Assembly: GCA_001801305.1 (NCBI GenBank)
Contig: MGXH01000058.1
Span: forward strand, 961 to 64,960
Reading direction: 5' to 3'
DNA from: Gammaproteobacteria bacterium GWE2_42_36
Lineage (GTDB): Bacteria > Pseudomonadota > Gammaproteobacteria > UBA12402
Length of the DNA: 64,000 bases
The first letter of the stretch is position 1, and every line of letters begins with the position of its first letter. The notes under the pieces were generated by a model. It did no database searches, was not told the origin of the DNA, and saw only the letters and a list, made by a program, of their open reading frames with translations. The translations under genes were made by a program, and so were the position numbers. This document shows positions 28,382-39,428 of the stretch, piece by piece.

Positions 28382-30949
28382 ATGTCAGAATTTGCACAAG
28401 AAATAGTCTCTGTCAATATTGAAGATGAGCTGAAACAATCTTATCTGGATTATGCAATGAGCGTGATTGTTGGTCGCGCATTACCCGATGTGCGTGATGG
28501 GCTAAAACCCGTTCATCGGCGAGTTTTGTTTGCGATGTACGAATTAGGCAATGAATGGAATAAGGCCTATAAAAAATCCGCGCGTATTGTCGGTGATGTT
28601 ATCGGTAAATATCATCCGCATGGCGATACGGCAGTTTATGATGCGTTGGTTCGTATGGCACAGCCTTTTTCGATGCGTTATGTGTTGATTGATGGGCAAG
28701 GAAACTTTGGCTCGATTGATGGCGATTCACCGGCGGCCATGCGATATACCGAAGTGCGCATGTCGAAATTAACGCAAACGTTATTATCCGATCTCGATAA
28801 AGAAACTGTCGATTTTGTGCCAAACTACGACGGCACCGAATTTATGCCGTTTGTTTTGCCGACGCGCATCCCCAATTTGTTAGTAAATGGTTCATCAGGT
28901 ATTGCCGTTGGGATGGCCACGAATATTCCCCCACATAATTTAAATGAAGTCATCAAGGCGTGTTTGGCATTGATTGATAACCCTGAGATTGATTTGGATC
29001 AACTGATGCAACTGATTCCAGGTCCTGACTTTCCAACGGCGGGCATTATCAATGGTCGCGCCGGCATTGTTGAAGCTTATAAAACAGGGCGTGGGCGTAT
29101 TAGTATTCGCGCAAAAACGCATGTGGAAGAAAGAACGGAAGGGGGAAAACAATCGATTATCGTAACGGAATTGCCCTATCAGGTAAATAAAGCAAGATTG
29201 CTCGAGAAAATTGCTGAGCTAGTCAAAGAGAAAATCATTGATGGCATTACGGGCTTGCGAGATGAGTCTGATAAAGACGGTATGCGTGTTGTGATCGAAT
29301 TGCGTCGGGGCGAACAAGCCGAGATCGTGCTCAATAATTTATATGCGCATACCCAATTGCAAGTTGTGTTTGGTATTAACATGGTGGCGCTTGAAAATGG
29401 TCAGCCGAAATTATTCGACTTAAAGCAATTATTGAACGCGTTTATTCGGCATCGTCGTGAAGTCGTGACGCGGCGTACGATTTTTGATTTAAATAAGGCG
29501 CGTTCGCGGGTTCATATCCTAGAAGGATTAACCGTTGCACTAGCGAATATCGATGAAATGATTGCACTGATTAAAACCGCTAAAAATCCTGCAGTTGCGA
29601 AGGAAGCGCTATTGTCAAAATGTTGGCAACCGGGCCCTGTGGTGGATCTCTTGAGGCGAGCCAGCGAACAAAATCAATTATTGCCAGACAATAAAAAAGA
29701 ATCGACTATTATTTCTGGTTTAACGCCGCTTGGTTATCAGTTATCGCCCGAACAAGCACAAGCGATTTTGGAGTTGAGACTGCATCGTTTGACCGGACTT
29801 GAACAGGAAAAAATTGTCGAAGAATATCAATCACTGCTCGATTTGATGGCTGAGTTATTAGCTATTTTAAATAGCACTGAACGGCTCATGCAAATTATTC
29901 GTCGTGAGTTAGAAGAAATTCAATCGGCATTTGGTGATGGGCGTATGACGGAAATTATTCAAACACAACAAGATTTGAATATTGAAGATCTCATCACGGA
30001 AGAAGATATGGTCGTTACGTTATCGCATGAGGGTTATGCGAAAATACAACCGATCACGGTTTATCGTGCACAAAAGCGTGGTGGACGAGGTAAAGCCGCG
30101 ACACAAGTTAAAGAAGAAGATTTTGTCGAGCGATTAGTCGTTGCGAATAGTCACGACACCTTATTGTGTTTTTCCAATCAAGGCAAAGTGTATTGGCTGA
30201 AAGTATATCAATTACCACAAGCCGAGCGTCATGCGCGCGGAAAACCGATGGTGAATTTATTGCCGCTCAGTGAACAAGAAAAAATCACGGCGATTTTGCC
30301 AGTGAAAGCGTTTTCAGCAGATCAATATGTGTTTATGGCCACCTTGCAAGGGACGGTTAAGAAAGTGGCGCTTGAGCATTTTTCAAAACCTCGGGCGAGC
30401 GGTATTATTGCTTTAGAATTATCAGAAAATGATCGATTGATCAATGCAGATATTACGAATGGCGATCAAGAAATTATGTTATTCAGTGATACTGGCAAAG
30501 TGATCCGTTTTCATGAAAAAACGGTTCGTGCCATGGGTCGTACGGCACACGGTGTGCGCGGCATGCGATTACAAACGGATCAATCAGTCGTCGCGTTGGT
30601 TATTGTGAAAGACAACAGTGCTATTTTAACTGCGACAGAACAAGGGTATGGCAAACGGACGGCGATCGAAGAATATCGTGTGACCGGTCGAGGTGGGCAA
30701 GGCGTGATCTCCATTCAAGTGAATGATCGCAATGGGAGAGTGATTGGTGCCATTACCGTTCAGCCGCAACATGAAATCATGCTGATTACCGATCAAGGGA
30801 CTTTGGTGCGAACACGTGTCGAAGAGGTTTCACTGATTGGTCGCAGCACACAAGGCGTCCGCTTAATTAACTTATCTGAAGGCGAGCGTTTAATTGGATT
30901 GGCTAAAATTGAAGATGTGGAAGAGGGCGCTGAAATTGCAGCAGAATAA
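28382..30949 (+). CDS. gyrA: DNA gyrase subunit A
   Basis: The 855-aa ORF shows the AAMRYTE active-site Tyr region, QRDR-like [10 protein letters not shown], and C-terminal beta-pinwheel repeats. Confidence 0.97.
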   Translation: MSEFAQEIVSVNIEDELKQSYLDYAMSVIVGRALPDVRDGLKPVHRRVLFAMYELGNEWNKAYKKSARIVGDVIGKYHPHGDTAVYDALVRMAQPFSMRYVLIDGQGNFGSIDGDSPAAMRYTEVRMSKLTQTLLSDLDKETVDFVPNYDGTEFMPFVLPTRIPNLLVNGSSGIAVGMATNIPPHNLNEVIKACLALIDNPEIDLDQLMQLIPGPDFPTAGIINGRAGIVEAYKTGRGRISIRAKTHVEERTEGGKQSIIVTELPYQVNKARLLEKIAELVKEKIIDGITGLRDESDKDGMRVVIELRRGEQAEIVLNNLYAHTQLQVVFGINMVALENGQPKLFDLKQLLNAFIRHRREVVTRRTIFDLNKARSRVHILEGLTVALANIDEMIALIKTAKNPAVAKEALLSKCWQPGPVVDLLRRASEQNQLLPDNKKESTIISGLTPLGYQLSPEQAQAILELRLHRLTGLEQEKIVEEYQSLLDLMAELLAILNSTERLMQIIRRELEEIQSAFGDGRMTEIIQTQQDLNIEDLITEEDMVVTLSHEGYAKIQPITVYRAQKRGGRGKAATQVKEEDFVERLVVANSHDTLLCFSNQGKVYWLKVYQLPQAERHARGKPMVNLLPLSEQEKITAILPVKAFSADQYVFMATLQGTVKKVALEHFSKPRASGIIALELSENDRLINADITNGDQEIMLFSDTGKVIRFHEKTVRAMGRTAHGVRGMRLQTDQSVVALVIVKDNSAILTATEQGYGKRTAIEEYRVTGRGGQGVISIQVNDRNGRVIGAITVQPQHEIMLITDQGTLVRTRVEEVSLIGRSTQGVRLINLSEGERLIGLAKIEDVEEGAEIAAE

Positions 30950-31643
30950 TTGCGATTACAACGTCATTCCGGTTATTACGATTGATGGACCGAGCGGTTC
31001 AGGAAAAGGGACAGTCGGGCAGTTACTCGCTAATCGTTTGCAGTGGCATTTTTTGGATAGCGGCGCAATTTATCGCATTATCGCGTTGGCTGCCCAGTTG
31101 AAACAGATTCCTATTGATGACGAGTTTAGGCTTGCTCAACTTGCTGAAATCATCCGTATTACTTTTGAAACAACGGGCGATTCAATTCAGATTTTTCTCG
31201 ATCAGCAAAATGTCACGCAAGCGATTCGTATTGAAACGGTCAGTCAATTAGCCTCTAAAATCGCTGTGTTTCCCCGTGTGCGCGAGGCCTTATTAGCTTT
31301 GCAGCGATCTTTTCGACAAGCGCCTGGGTTAGTTGCGGATGGTCGAGATATGGGCACGGTTGTTTTTCCCGATGCTTGCTTGAAAATCTATCTTGAAGCC
31401 TCGGTAGAGGAGCGCGCAAAAAGACGCTACCAGCAGTTGATGGAAAAAGGGTTTGATGTTAAACTTACGCCCCTCGTTGATGAGTTAATCGAGCGAGATA
31501 GGCGAGATAAAAATCGTAAAGATTCTCCGCTTATTCCTGCGACGGATGCTGTGTTAATAGATACGACGTCGTTATCTATTGAAAGCGTGATGGCGCAGGT
31601 TTTCGATTTAGCTTGCCAGAGAATTTCTTCTGTGAAGAAATAA
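30915..31643 (+). CDS. cmk: Cytidylate kinase
   Basis: [14 protein letters not shown]-loop. The start is ambiguous (ATG 30894 or 30915, or TTG 30936) and overlaps the gyrA 3-prime end. Confidence 0.85.
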   Translation: MWKRALKLQQNNCDYNVIPVITIDGPSGSGKGTVGQLLANRLQWHFLDSGAIYRIIALAAQLKQIPIDDEFRLAQLAEIIRITFETTGDSIQIFLDQQNVTQAIRIETVSQLASKIAVFPRVREALLALQRSFRQAPGLVADGRDMGTVVFPDACLKIYLEASVEERAKRRYQQLMEKGFDVKLTPLVDELIERDRRDKNRKDSPLIPATDAVLIDTTSLSIESVMAQVFDLACQRISSVKK

Positions 31644-31692
31644 GCCTAACTGAATAGTTAGAAATTAAACGTTAAATATTGGTTAATAAATT

Positions 31693-33411
31693 ATGACAGA
31701 CAATTTTGCAGCTCTTTTCGAAAAAAGCCTAAAAGATTCCGGACTTCGTGCTGGAGATCTCGTTAAAGGTACCGTGATCAAAATCGATAATAAATTTATT
31801 TTGATTGATGTCGGTTTGAAATCAGAAGGCGTCGTTGCTATTGATGAATTTAAAAATATGCAAGGCGAATTAGAAGTGAAGGCTGGCGACGAAGTCGAAG
31901 TCGTGATCGACATGTTGGCTGACGATTACGGTGAAACACGACTTTCTCGTTTAAAAGCAAAACGCGCAGAATCATGGGCCCGCTTAGTGCATGCGAGCGA
32001 AACAGCAGAAACGGTTTTGGGTGTTATTACAGGTCGTGTGAAAGGTGGTTTTACAGTAGAGATCGATGGCGTTCGCGCATTTTTACCGGGATCTTTATTA
32101 GATGTTCGTCCAATTCAAGATACGGCTAGCTTTGAAGGACAAGCAATTGAATTTAAAATCATTAAAATTGATGAAAAGCGCAGCAATATTGTGGTGTCTC
32201 GTCGTGCGGTTATTGAAGCGGAAAATTCTGTTGAACGTTCAAAACTATTAGAAGGCTTAACCGAAGGACAAGTTATTTCAGGTACCGTTAAAAACCTAAC
32301 AGATTATGGTGCATTCGTCGATTTAGGCGGTGTCGATGGTTTGTTACATATCACGGACATTGCTTGGAAGCGTGTCAAACACCCGAGCGAATTGTTACAC
32401 ATTGGTGATTCGATTGATGTGGTTGTCTTGAAATTCGATCGAGAAAAATCTCGTGTTTCACTTGGATTAAAACAATTGCATCAAGATCCTTGGGGCAATA
32501 TTAAAGAGCGCTTCGCTGTCGGAAAGAAATTGTCTGGCAAAGTGACTAACATTACCGATTACGGTTGTTTTGTTGAAATTGCAGATGGCGTTGAAGGATT
32601 GGTTCATATGTCAGAAATGGATTGGACCAATAAAAACATTCATCCGAGCAAGGTTGTGCAATTGGGTGATGAGGTCAATGTCGTTGTGTTGGAATTAGAT
32701 GAAGAACGACGTCGTATTTCGCTGGGCATGAAACAATGCGCATCCAATCCATGGATTTCTTTTGCTGAAAAATTCAAGAAAGGCGATCGCTTGAGTGGTC
32801 ATATCAAATCCATTACAGATTTTGGTATTTTCATTGGTCTTGAAGGCAACATTGACGGATTGATTCATCTATCGGATATTTCATGGGAAGAACCCGGAGA
32901 AAAAGCGATTCGAAAATACAAGAAAGGCGATGAAATCGAAGCCGTTGTGCTAGCGATTGACCCAGAAAGAGAACGTATTTCATTGGGTATTAAACAACTG
33001 CAAGATGATGCGTTTAGTTTATATGCTGAAGCGCATCCTAAAGGAAGTTTGGTGAAAGGCAAAGTCGTTGCGATTGAAGACAAACAAGCCTTCATCGAAT
33101 TAGCGGAAGAAGTGAAGGGTCGAATTAAAGCCGCTGAAATTGCCGCAGAAAAAGTCGATGATATTAACGTGTACTTCAAAGTTGGTGATGAAGTGGAAGC
33201 CAAAGTCATTAGCGTCAATCATAAAGACCGCGTTATTGGTTTATCCATTCGCGCAAAAATGAAAGATCAAGATGGCAGTGGTCGATCAAAATCTTCAGAA
33301 GAAAGTTATGATACGATTGTCGGTGGAAAACTCGGTGATTTATTAAAACAACACATGAGCAATAACGCGACAGAAGAATCGGAGCAGGGCGAAACGGTTA
33401 ACGACGAATAG
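31693..33411 (+). CDS. rpsA: 30S ribosomal protein S1
   Basis: Starts [14 protein letters not shown] (E. coli MTESFAQLFEESLK) and has six S1 domains. Confidence 0.97.
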   Translation: MTDNFAALFEKSLKDSGLRAGDLVKGTVIKIDNKFILIDVGLKSEGVVAIDEFKNMQGELEVKAGDEVEVVIDMLADDYGETRLSRLKAKRAESWARLVHASETAETVLGVITGRVKGGFTVEIDGVRAFLPGSLLDVRPIQDTASFEGQAIEFKIIKIDEKRSNIVVSRRAVIEAENSVERSKLLEGLTEGQVISGTVKNLTDYGAFVDLGGVDGLLHITDIAWKRVKHPSELLHIGDSIDVVVLKFDREKSRVSLGLKQLHQDPWGNIKERFAVGKKLSGKVTNITDYGCFVEIADGVEGLVHMSEMDWTNKNIHPSKVVQLGDEVNVVVLELDEERRRISLGMKQCASNPWISFAEKFKKGDRLSGHIKSITDFGIFIGLEGNIDGLIHLSDISWEEPGEKAIRKYKKGDEIEAVVLAIDPERERISLGIKQLQDDAFSLYAEAHPKGSLVKGKVVAIEDKQAFIELAEEVKGRIKAAEIAAEKVDDINVYFKVGDEVEAKVISVNHKDRVIGLSIRAKMKDQDGSGRSKSSEESYDTIVGGKLGDLLKQHMSNNATEESEQGETVNDE

Positions 33412-33437
33412 TCTTACCATTTCGAACGATAGTCTAA

Positions 33438-33470
33438 AAAGGCATGGCGTAAAAACCATGCCTTTTTTAT
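33438..33470 (+). terminator. Rho-independent terminator after rpsA
   Basis: aggcatgg-cgtaaaaa-ccatgcct followed by TTTTTT. Confidence 0.8.
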
Positions 33471-33582
33471 TAATAGATCATTGTCTCTTTTTGATGAGAG
33501 GGGCTGTTTTTCCCTCTATAGAATGTCTGTTGACGACTAACGGATTGTCAGATGGAGGCAGCGGTTCAAATAACGTGTTTTC

Positions 33583-33606
33583 TTATCCCGAACTCAGGTT
33601 ACATAA
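33583..33606 (+). repeat. Dispersed motif copy C (TTATCCCGAACTCAGGTTACATAA) in the rpsA/ychJ convergent intergenic region
   Basis: Same core as copies A and B. Confidence 0.7.
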
Positions 33607-33658
33607 GTTGAGAGAACATAAGAGATTTCTGGGCAATCGTTTAAATCGAGTAGGGTTT

Positions 33659-34072
33659 TTATTTCTTAATATTATCGCTTTTAGTGTTTAGCACATAACT
33701 GCCATTGACATACAACCAGCGCCCATTTTCGTAATGAAATTCACTCCGCTCATGAATAGATTGATTTTTTCCTCGATAATGAAATCGCGCGATGAATTCC
33801 ACATATGCTATCGTCCCATGAGGTTTTGGCGCATCAATGATTGTTAATCCAAGCCATGTTGATTCTTTAGCCCATTGTTTTGCGCTTGCCGCATCAAAAT
33901 TATGCAGAGCCTCGCCTTTCATAGTTTTAAGAATATAATCGACGTTTGTTTTAGAATAAGCAGTATATCGCGAACGCATTAACTGTTCCGGTATTTCAGG
34001 GATCTTATGATTTTCAATATATTGGCCACAACAATGAAAATACTCTTTTTTTGATCCACAAGGGCAAGGCAT
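33659..34072 (-). CDS. ychJ: SEC-C motif protein, YchJ family (UPF0225)
   Basis: N-terminal PCPCGS...CCG and C-terminal CxC metal-binding motifs. Confidence 0.8.
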   Translation of the reverse strand: MPCPCGSKKEYFHCCGQYIENHKIPEIPEQLMRSRYTAYSKTNVDYILKTMKGEALHNFDAASAKQWAKESTWLGLTIIDAPKPHGTIAYVEFIARFHYRGKNQSIHERSEFHYENGRWLYVNGSYVLNTKSDNIKK

Positions 34073-34195
34073 AGTACACTCTATTTCACATTAAGAAATT
34101 CATATTCACACCCAAGTTCAATATGTCATTTATCGCACACCTGCGCTTTTCGCGTCGACTTTGGTGGCAAGTGTAACATAGTGAAGTCGGCCTGC

Positions 34196-34735
34196 TCATT
34201 TGACAGAACCTTTTTTTGAATGCTTGGGGGCATCAAAAATTGTTAACAACGCTGTTAACAATTGCATCGGTGCCGGGGGGCACCCGGGAATGACAAGATC
34301 AACAGAAATGACATTCGATACGGCGCCAGCACTGGCATAGGATTTTCCAAAAATGCCACCACAAGCGGCGCAGTCACCGGCGGCAATGACGAGTTTAGGA
34401 TCGGGCGTGCTTTCGTAGACAATACGCAACGCTTCTTCCATATGTCTGGAGACGGGCCCTGTAACAAGCAAAACATCGGCATGACGAGGAGAAGCCACAA
34501 AGTGAATACCAAATCGCTCGAGATTATAAAACGAATTATTTAAGGCTTGAATTTCTAATTCACACCCATTGCAGGATCCCGCATCGACTTGCCGAATAGC
34601 GAGACTCCCATTAAATTTTGCGGCGATAACTTTTTGGCACGCTTTGCCTAGCGATTCGATTTGGTGAGATTCTGTTGTGTCGACCGGTTCTGTGATAATT
34701 CCGACCCGTAGAATTTTCTTCAGTGTTTTTAGCAT
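34196..34735 (-). CDS. Group-4 hydrogenase / complex-I small-subunit homologue (NuoB/HycG/HyfI-like, [4Fe-4S])
   Basis: GSCNGCELEI, GDCAACGG and IPGCPP cluster-ligand motifs. Confidence 0.85.
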   Translation of the reverse strand: MLKTLKKILRVGIITEPVDTTESHQIESLGKACQKVIAAKFNGSLAIRQVDAGSCNGCELEIQALNNSFYNLERFGIHFVASPRHADVLLVTGPVSRHMEEALRIVYESTPDPKLVIAAGDCAACGGIFGKSYASAGAVSNVISVDLVIPGCPPAPMQLLTALLTIFDAPKHSKKGSVK

Positions 34736-34747
34736 AATGATGTCACC

Positions 34748-36331
34748 TTATAAATCACATCCCGAATAAGACCCGTTAATCGATTTATTGCAAACAGGAA
34801 AATCGGGTACGATATCGCGATAAATGAGCCGTTCGAGCGCAAGCCAGTTAAACCAACTGGGATCGCGCGGAAAATAACGCGAGACTTTGCCGGTGGCATC
34901 TAAACTGACATACGTTAATAATTCGCCGCGCCAACTTTCAACAATTCCGATACCCGCGGTAGGGTATGGGGGGGGTGTCCATGTTGTTTGATAAGGACCC
35001 GATGGCAGCGTGTTCAATAAATCTTTAATCAATGTTAATGCGCTCTTTATTTCTTTCAAGCGGATGCTTAATCGTGCCGCCACATCGCCATCGGATAAGA
35101 CTGGCGAGCTCACTTCACATTGATGATAAGGGGCATAAGGAGCGTCACGTCGCACATCAAAATCGATACCACTTGCTTTACTGACATATCCTAAAGCGCC
35201 AACAGCCTGCGCTGTCTCATGAGATAAAACACCGGTAGTTCGCAATCGATTTTGTAGTGAGGCATTTGTGTCGAGAATATGCGTTAATTCGCCCACTTCT
35301 TTTTCGAGTGGCACTAATTCATGCTGCAATAAATCAATGGCAGTTGCGGATAAGTAATCTTTTTGTACGCCGCCAACCGAGAGGCAATTCATCAGTAGTC
35401 GGTGGCCAAATAAATACGCGTTGGTGCGCAGCCATAGCTCGCGCAGTCGACCAAATTGATAATAAGCAAAGGCGAATCCGACATCATTACAAATGGCAGC
35501 CACATCCCAGAGATGATTGGCGATACGTTCTCGCTCTGCCAGTATGGCTCGGATAAATAAAGCGCGATCAGGGACCGTTATTTGCAACGCATTTTCGACA
35601 GCCATGCAAGTGGACCCAGCGTAAGATAAGGTGCAATCTCCCGAAACATGAGCCGCAAGATTGATGAGGTGATGAATGTCTTTCCCCTCGGCGATTTTTT
35701 CAATACCTTTATGGACATAGCCTAAACGTTCCTCGAGATAGAGCACCTCTTCTCCGGCAATTTGAAAACGGAAATGACCTGGTTCGATAATGCCGGCATG
35801 GATGGGTCCAACCGGTACTTCGCAAACGCCTTCACCTGTCGCTTGTAAAAACGGATACGTTTTATCAGCGGGTGTTTTTCCTGTGCCATAACCCGCTGCT
35901 GGAAAATCTTTTCGTAAGGGAAATTGATTGGCTTGCCATGCTTGATGGCGTGTCCATCGGCGTGAGTCGTCGGTATCGATGAATTCTATACCGAATAAAT
36001 CGTGCGTATGTCGCTCGAATCGGTTAGCCGCCAAGTAAAGGCAAGAGAGAGAAGATAATTTTAAAGGTATTTTTTTGTTCAATGAGGTGCGCATCAATAA
36101 GTAATGTTTTTCAATGCAAAAACAAACGGTTACAAAAAAAACATCTTCTAATTCTTCAGCCCATAACCCAGCAAAACGACCCTGATCTTGTTGAATCATT
36201 TGTGCGACCGTTTGCCAATGCATCGGTTCAATCTCGAGGGCAGAGTAACCCCCTATCGAGCTATCTGCTTTGAGTAGTTGACAGTGGTTTAACGCTTTCA
36301 TTAAGCGAAGTAAAAGGTCCGATGTTCCCAT
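34748..36331 (-). CDS. Group-4 hydrogenase large-subunit homologue (NuoC-NuoD fusion, HycE/HyfG-like) with non-canonical metal-site motifs
   Basis: GPIHAGIIEPGHFRFQIAGEEVLYLEERLGYVHKGIEK matches HycE/NuoD. The expected RxCGxCxxxH reads HVSGDCTLSY, and the C-terminal DPCxxC is replaced by DFPVCNKSINGSYSGCDL. Confidence 0.8.
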   Translation of the reverse strand: MGTSDLLLRLMKALNHCQLLKADSSIGGYSALEIEPMHWQTVAQMIQQDQGRFAGLWAEELEDVFFVTVCFCIEKHYLLMRTSLNKKIPLKLSSLSCLYLAANRFERHTHDLFGIEFIDTDDSRRWTRHQAWQANQFPLRKDFPAAGYGTGKTPADKTYPFLQATGEGVCEVPVGPIHAGIIEPGHFRFQIAGEEVLYLEERLGYVHKGIEKIAEGKDIHHLINLAAHVSGDCTLSYAGSTCMAVENALQITVPDRALFIRAILAERERIANHLWDVAAICNDVGFAFAYYQFGRLRELWLRTNAYLFGHRLLMNCLSVGGVQKDYLSATAIDLLQHELVPLEKEVGELTHILDTNASLQNRLRTTGVLSHETAQAVGALGYVSKASGIDFDVRRDAPYAPYHQCEVSSPVLSDGDVAARLSIRLKEIKSALTLIKDLLNTLPSGPYQTTWTPPPYPTAGIGIVESWRGELLTYVSLDATGKVSRYFPRDPSWFNWLALERLIYRDIVPDFPVCNKSINGSYSGCDL

Positions 36332-36334
36332 GCG

Positions 36335-37804
36335 CTATTGTCCTATAAAAAGAGATGCCGCTTGTTTTAGAATTTGCATGAAAAATGACGGGATATAGAG
36401 CCCCAATATTAAAACGATCAAGAGATGCAGCCCGGCGGGGACCAAATTGATTTTTGCAATGGGAGGCGTGGGATACGCCGTTTTGTCTGGATTACCTAAT
36501 GCCATCGATTGCATGTATCGCAGTAATGCTGCAAAAACAACCAGAAATCCAAGGCCGAGAATGATGGCTAAATAGGGATCCGTTTGAAGAGTGGCTAAAA
36601 ACACACCGACTTCACCGATGAACAACCCAAAGGGTGGCGCGCCGGCAATAGCAAATAAAGCGACGATCAAAAGCCACCCAACCCATGGATTGAGCTTTAA
36701 TAAACCCCGAATTTTTTCGATTTTTTGAGTGTGCGTTAAATGCATGACATTACCAACCGTCGTGAAAATCGCCGATTTAATGAGTGCGTGAATAATCAGG
36801 TAAAACAATCCGCTCAAAATAGCAACCGCATTGCCGAGGCCGAAAGCAAACGTCATGATGCCCACATGTTCGATGGACGAATAACTAAACATGCGCTTAA
36901 TATTTTGTTGATGATGCAGGGTGAGGCTGGCAAAAACGAAGGATAACAAACCGAAAACAATCATTAAGTGGTTGGCGAGGCCATTTTGCAGTGACAGATT
37001 CGTCAAAATTTGAAAACGCAATAAGGCGTATAATGCGACATTCAATAATAATCCCGACAATAAGGCGGCGACAGGTCCGGGACTTTCTGAGTAAGCATCT
37101 GGCAGCCAAAAATGAAAGGGCACTAAACCAGCTTTAGTTCCGTAGCCCACAAATAAAAACACAAAGGCTAGTATCATGATCGAAGGGTTTAATGTTTTTG
37201 CATGCAGCGCCAACGCATTCCATAGTATGGCATGACTGGGATCGAGGGAAGTTTGTGCCGCAAAGTAGATTAAAATGGTCCCGAATAAAGCCAATGCGAT
37301 GCCCACGATGCAAATAATAAAATATTTCCATGCAGCTTCAATGGCTTCGGGGGTTCGATAAAGGCTGACTAATAATACCGTTGCCAAGGTCGCTCCTTCA
37401 ATGGCTACCCATAAAAGGCCGATATTGTTCGCCGAAAACGCAATGAGCAACGAGAAGATAAATGACTGGTAAAATAAATGATACAACTGTAATCGTTTTA
37501 AGGTGATACGGCGTTCTTGCAGATTTTGCAACATGTATCCATACGAAAATAAAGCCGTTGTCATACCGATGAACGTGGTGAGCGTCCAGCCGATCAGTCC
37601 GAGTGCGTCGAGATAAAGTTGCTCGTGTGCATGCAAAATAAAAAATGAAGGCGTCGTTTGCCAACGCATCAACAGTAGAATCATGGCAATAAAATTGACA
37701 GTCGATATGAACAAATTGATGCTAACTGCCCATCGCGCTTTTCGGATAAAGCTGAATAAAATAATACCGAGCAGAGGGGTGAGTAAAATAGCATAAAAAA
37801 TCAT
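36335..37804 (-). CDS. Antiporter-like membrane subunit (NuoN/NuoM/HyfF-like)
   Basis: The 489-aa multi-TM Mrp-antiporter-type subunit has a start that overlaps the upstream stop (ATGA). Confidence 0.8.
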   Translation of the reverse strand: MIFYAILLTPLLGIILFSFIRKARWAVSINLFISTVNFIAMILLLMRWQTTPSFFILHAHEQLYLDALGLIGWTLTTFIGMTTALFSYGYMLQNLQERRITLKRLQLYHLFYQSFIFSLLIAFSANNIGLLWVAIEGATLATVLLVSLYRTPEAIEAAWKYFIICIVGIALALFGTILIYFAAQTSLDPSHAILWNALALHAKTLNPSIMILAFVFLFVGYGTKAGLVPFHFWLPDAYSESPGPVAALLSGLLLNVALYALLRFQILTNLSLQNGLANHLMIVFGLLSFVFASLTLHHQQNIKRMFSYSSIEHVGIMTFAFGLGNAVAILSGLFYLIIHALIKSAIFTTVGNVMHLTHTQKIEKIRGLLKLNPWVGWLLIVALFAIAGAPPFGLFIGEVGVFLATLQTDPYLAIILGLGFLVVFAALLRYMQSMALGNPDKTAYPTPPIAKINLVPAGLHLLIVLILGLYIPSFFMQILKQAASLFIGQ

Positions 37805-38526
37805 AGTTCAGTCCCTTCTCGTAATCGATTGAGAGAATCGACATCTAAAGAATCAATGCTAGTATTTAAATGAAAGAAAAATACGCCGAATAAAATAATC
37901 GCAACGAGCACGTCGAACGCAATACCCAACTCGATTTTCATTGGCATACCGCGCGTTAAAATCAGGGCGGCAAAAAAGATTCCATTTTCAATGACCATAA
38001 AGCCGAGTGCATGCGAAACCGCTTTTCGGTGCGTGATAATGAGCAACATGCCGAGTAAAATAATCGAGAGTGCAATGGCGATGGCATTGCTGCTGAATAA
38101 TTGTGTTGAGGTTCGTAGGGAATGGGTCAGATTGTACGAAAACAAGACCAAAGCACTTGCAATCATCGACAGTAGAAAGGGCCGTGCAACGAGAGAGGTG
38201 GCGTTATCCGATGGGTTTTTTGATGATAAGCGATGTGATAAATAACGTAAAAACCAGGGGATAAAAATGACTTTTAAGGCAAAGATCAGAAGCGCCGAAA
38301 AAAATAAATCCCATTGATAGGGCGTGATAAACGAAGCGGCTAAAGTGGCTAAACTTAAAAAAGCGCTTTGCCAGGCGTAAGTATAAATCATGCTGTCGAT
38401 GCGTCGCTGAATTAACAGAATAAAGGTTGTTAACAGCAAGAGCGCGGACAATAATAGTTGAATGGCATTAGCGTTCACAATTAAGCGACCTCCGCGATCA
38501 CATGAATCAAAAGGCCTAATAAACAC
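37801..38526 (-). CDS. Small membrane subunit (HyfE/NuoK-like)
   Basis: The 241-aa polytopic ORF sits in hyfE position. The true start is possibly GTG at 38478, right after the upstream stop. Confidence 0.65.
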   Translation of the reverse strand: MFIRPFDSCDRGGRLIVNANAIQLLLSALLLLTTFILLIQRRIDSMIYTYAWQSAFLSLATLAASFITPYQWDLFFSALLIFALKVIFIPWFLRYLSHRLSSKNPSDNATSLVARPFLLSMIASALVLFSYNLTHSLRTSTQLFSSNAIAIALSIILLGMLLIITHRKAVSHALGFMVIENGIFFAALILTRGMPMKIELGIAFDVLVAIILFGVFFFHLNTSIDSLDVDSLNRLREGTEL

Positions 38527-39428
38527 AACAAAAAAGCCATATTCAGCAGGAGCGGGACACGGAATAGTCGTAGTTTAGCCAAGTGGGTTTCAGCTAATAC
38601 CAACACCCATGCAAGCAGTAGGCATTTGATGATCACGATGCCACCATTCAATCCGATTGCCGATAAACTCAGCTGATTGATGAGTGGGAACGGCAGAAAT
38701 AAATTCGCAAAAAGTATTGTGTAAATCAGTAATTTAATTTGAGCGGCCCATTCGATGAGTGCTAAGTGTCGTCCGCTGTATTCTAAAATCATCGCTTCGT
38801 GAATCATCGTGAGTTCTAAATGAGTCGCGGGATTATCGACAGGAATGCGGCCGGTTTCAGCGACGGCGATCATCGCAAAAGCAAGCGCCACAAATAACAT
38901 CGACGGATTAAACCATAAGCTGTGTGTGCTTAAATAAGTGGTGATGATGTCGAGACGTGTGCTGGAGGCCATCATGGCTAGAGAAAAAAACGCAATCATC
39001 AAAGCAGGTTCAGCCAATGTTGCAACAGTCATTTCGCGAGAAGCACCCATCCCACCAAAACTGGTGCCGATGTCGAGTGCGGCGAGCGCTAAGAAAAATC
39101 GACTCAAACCAAATAATCCCGCAATTAAAATAACGTCCGTAAATCCAACAGTTTGTGAAGGGCTGACGATAAAGGGAATTGCCGAGGCGATCAACGCAGT
39201 GATGCTGAAAATCAAATACGGTGCAAATCGAAAAATCCAAGAGGCGTGATGTGCCAGGATCGTTTGTTTATGAAATAATTTTCTCAAATCGCGATAACAC
39301 TGAAAGACAGAAGGCGCACTGCGATTTTGCAGCCAGCATTTGAACATTTTCACGATGCCAACAAAGAGCGGCGCGATGAAAACGAATAATCCCGTTTGTA
39401 GTAAACTGTATAATAGGCGATTCATCAT
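38481..39428 (-). CDS. NuoH-like membrane subunit (HycD/HyfC, formate hydrogenlyase subunit 4-like)
   Basis: Multi-TM ORF whose start ATG overlaps the upstream stop (ATGA). The ORF-track start at 39503 is probably too far upstream. Confidence 0.8.
   Translation of the reverse strand: MMNRLLYSLLQTGLFVFIAPLFVGIVKMFKCWLQNRSAPSVFQCYRDLRKLFHKQTILAHHASWIFRFAPYLIFSITALIASAIPFIVSPSQTVGFTDVILIAGLFGLSRFFLALAALDIGTSFGGMGASREMTVATLAEPALMIAFFSLAMMASSTRLDIITTYLSTHSLWFNPSMLFVALAFAMIAVAETGRIPVDNPATHLELTMIHEAMILEYSGRHLALIEWAAQIKLLIYTILFANLFLPFPLINQLSLSAIGLNGGIVIIKCLLLAWVLVLAETHLAKLRLFRVPLLLNMAFLLCLLGLLIHVIAEVA

Noticed and set aside
33458-33691. 77-aa ORF downstream of rpsA
   Set aside because: It starts inside the rpsA terminator hairpin, spans the intergenic motif copy C and has no RBS. 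The translation is implausible.
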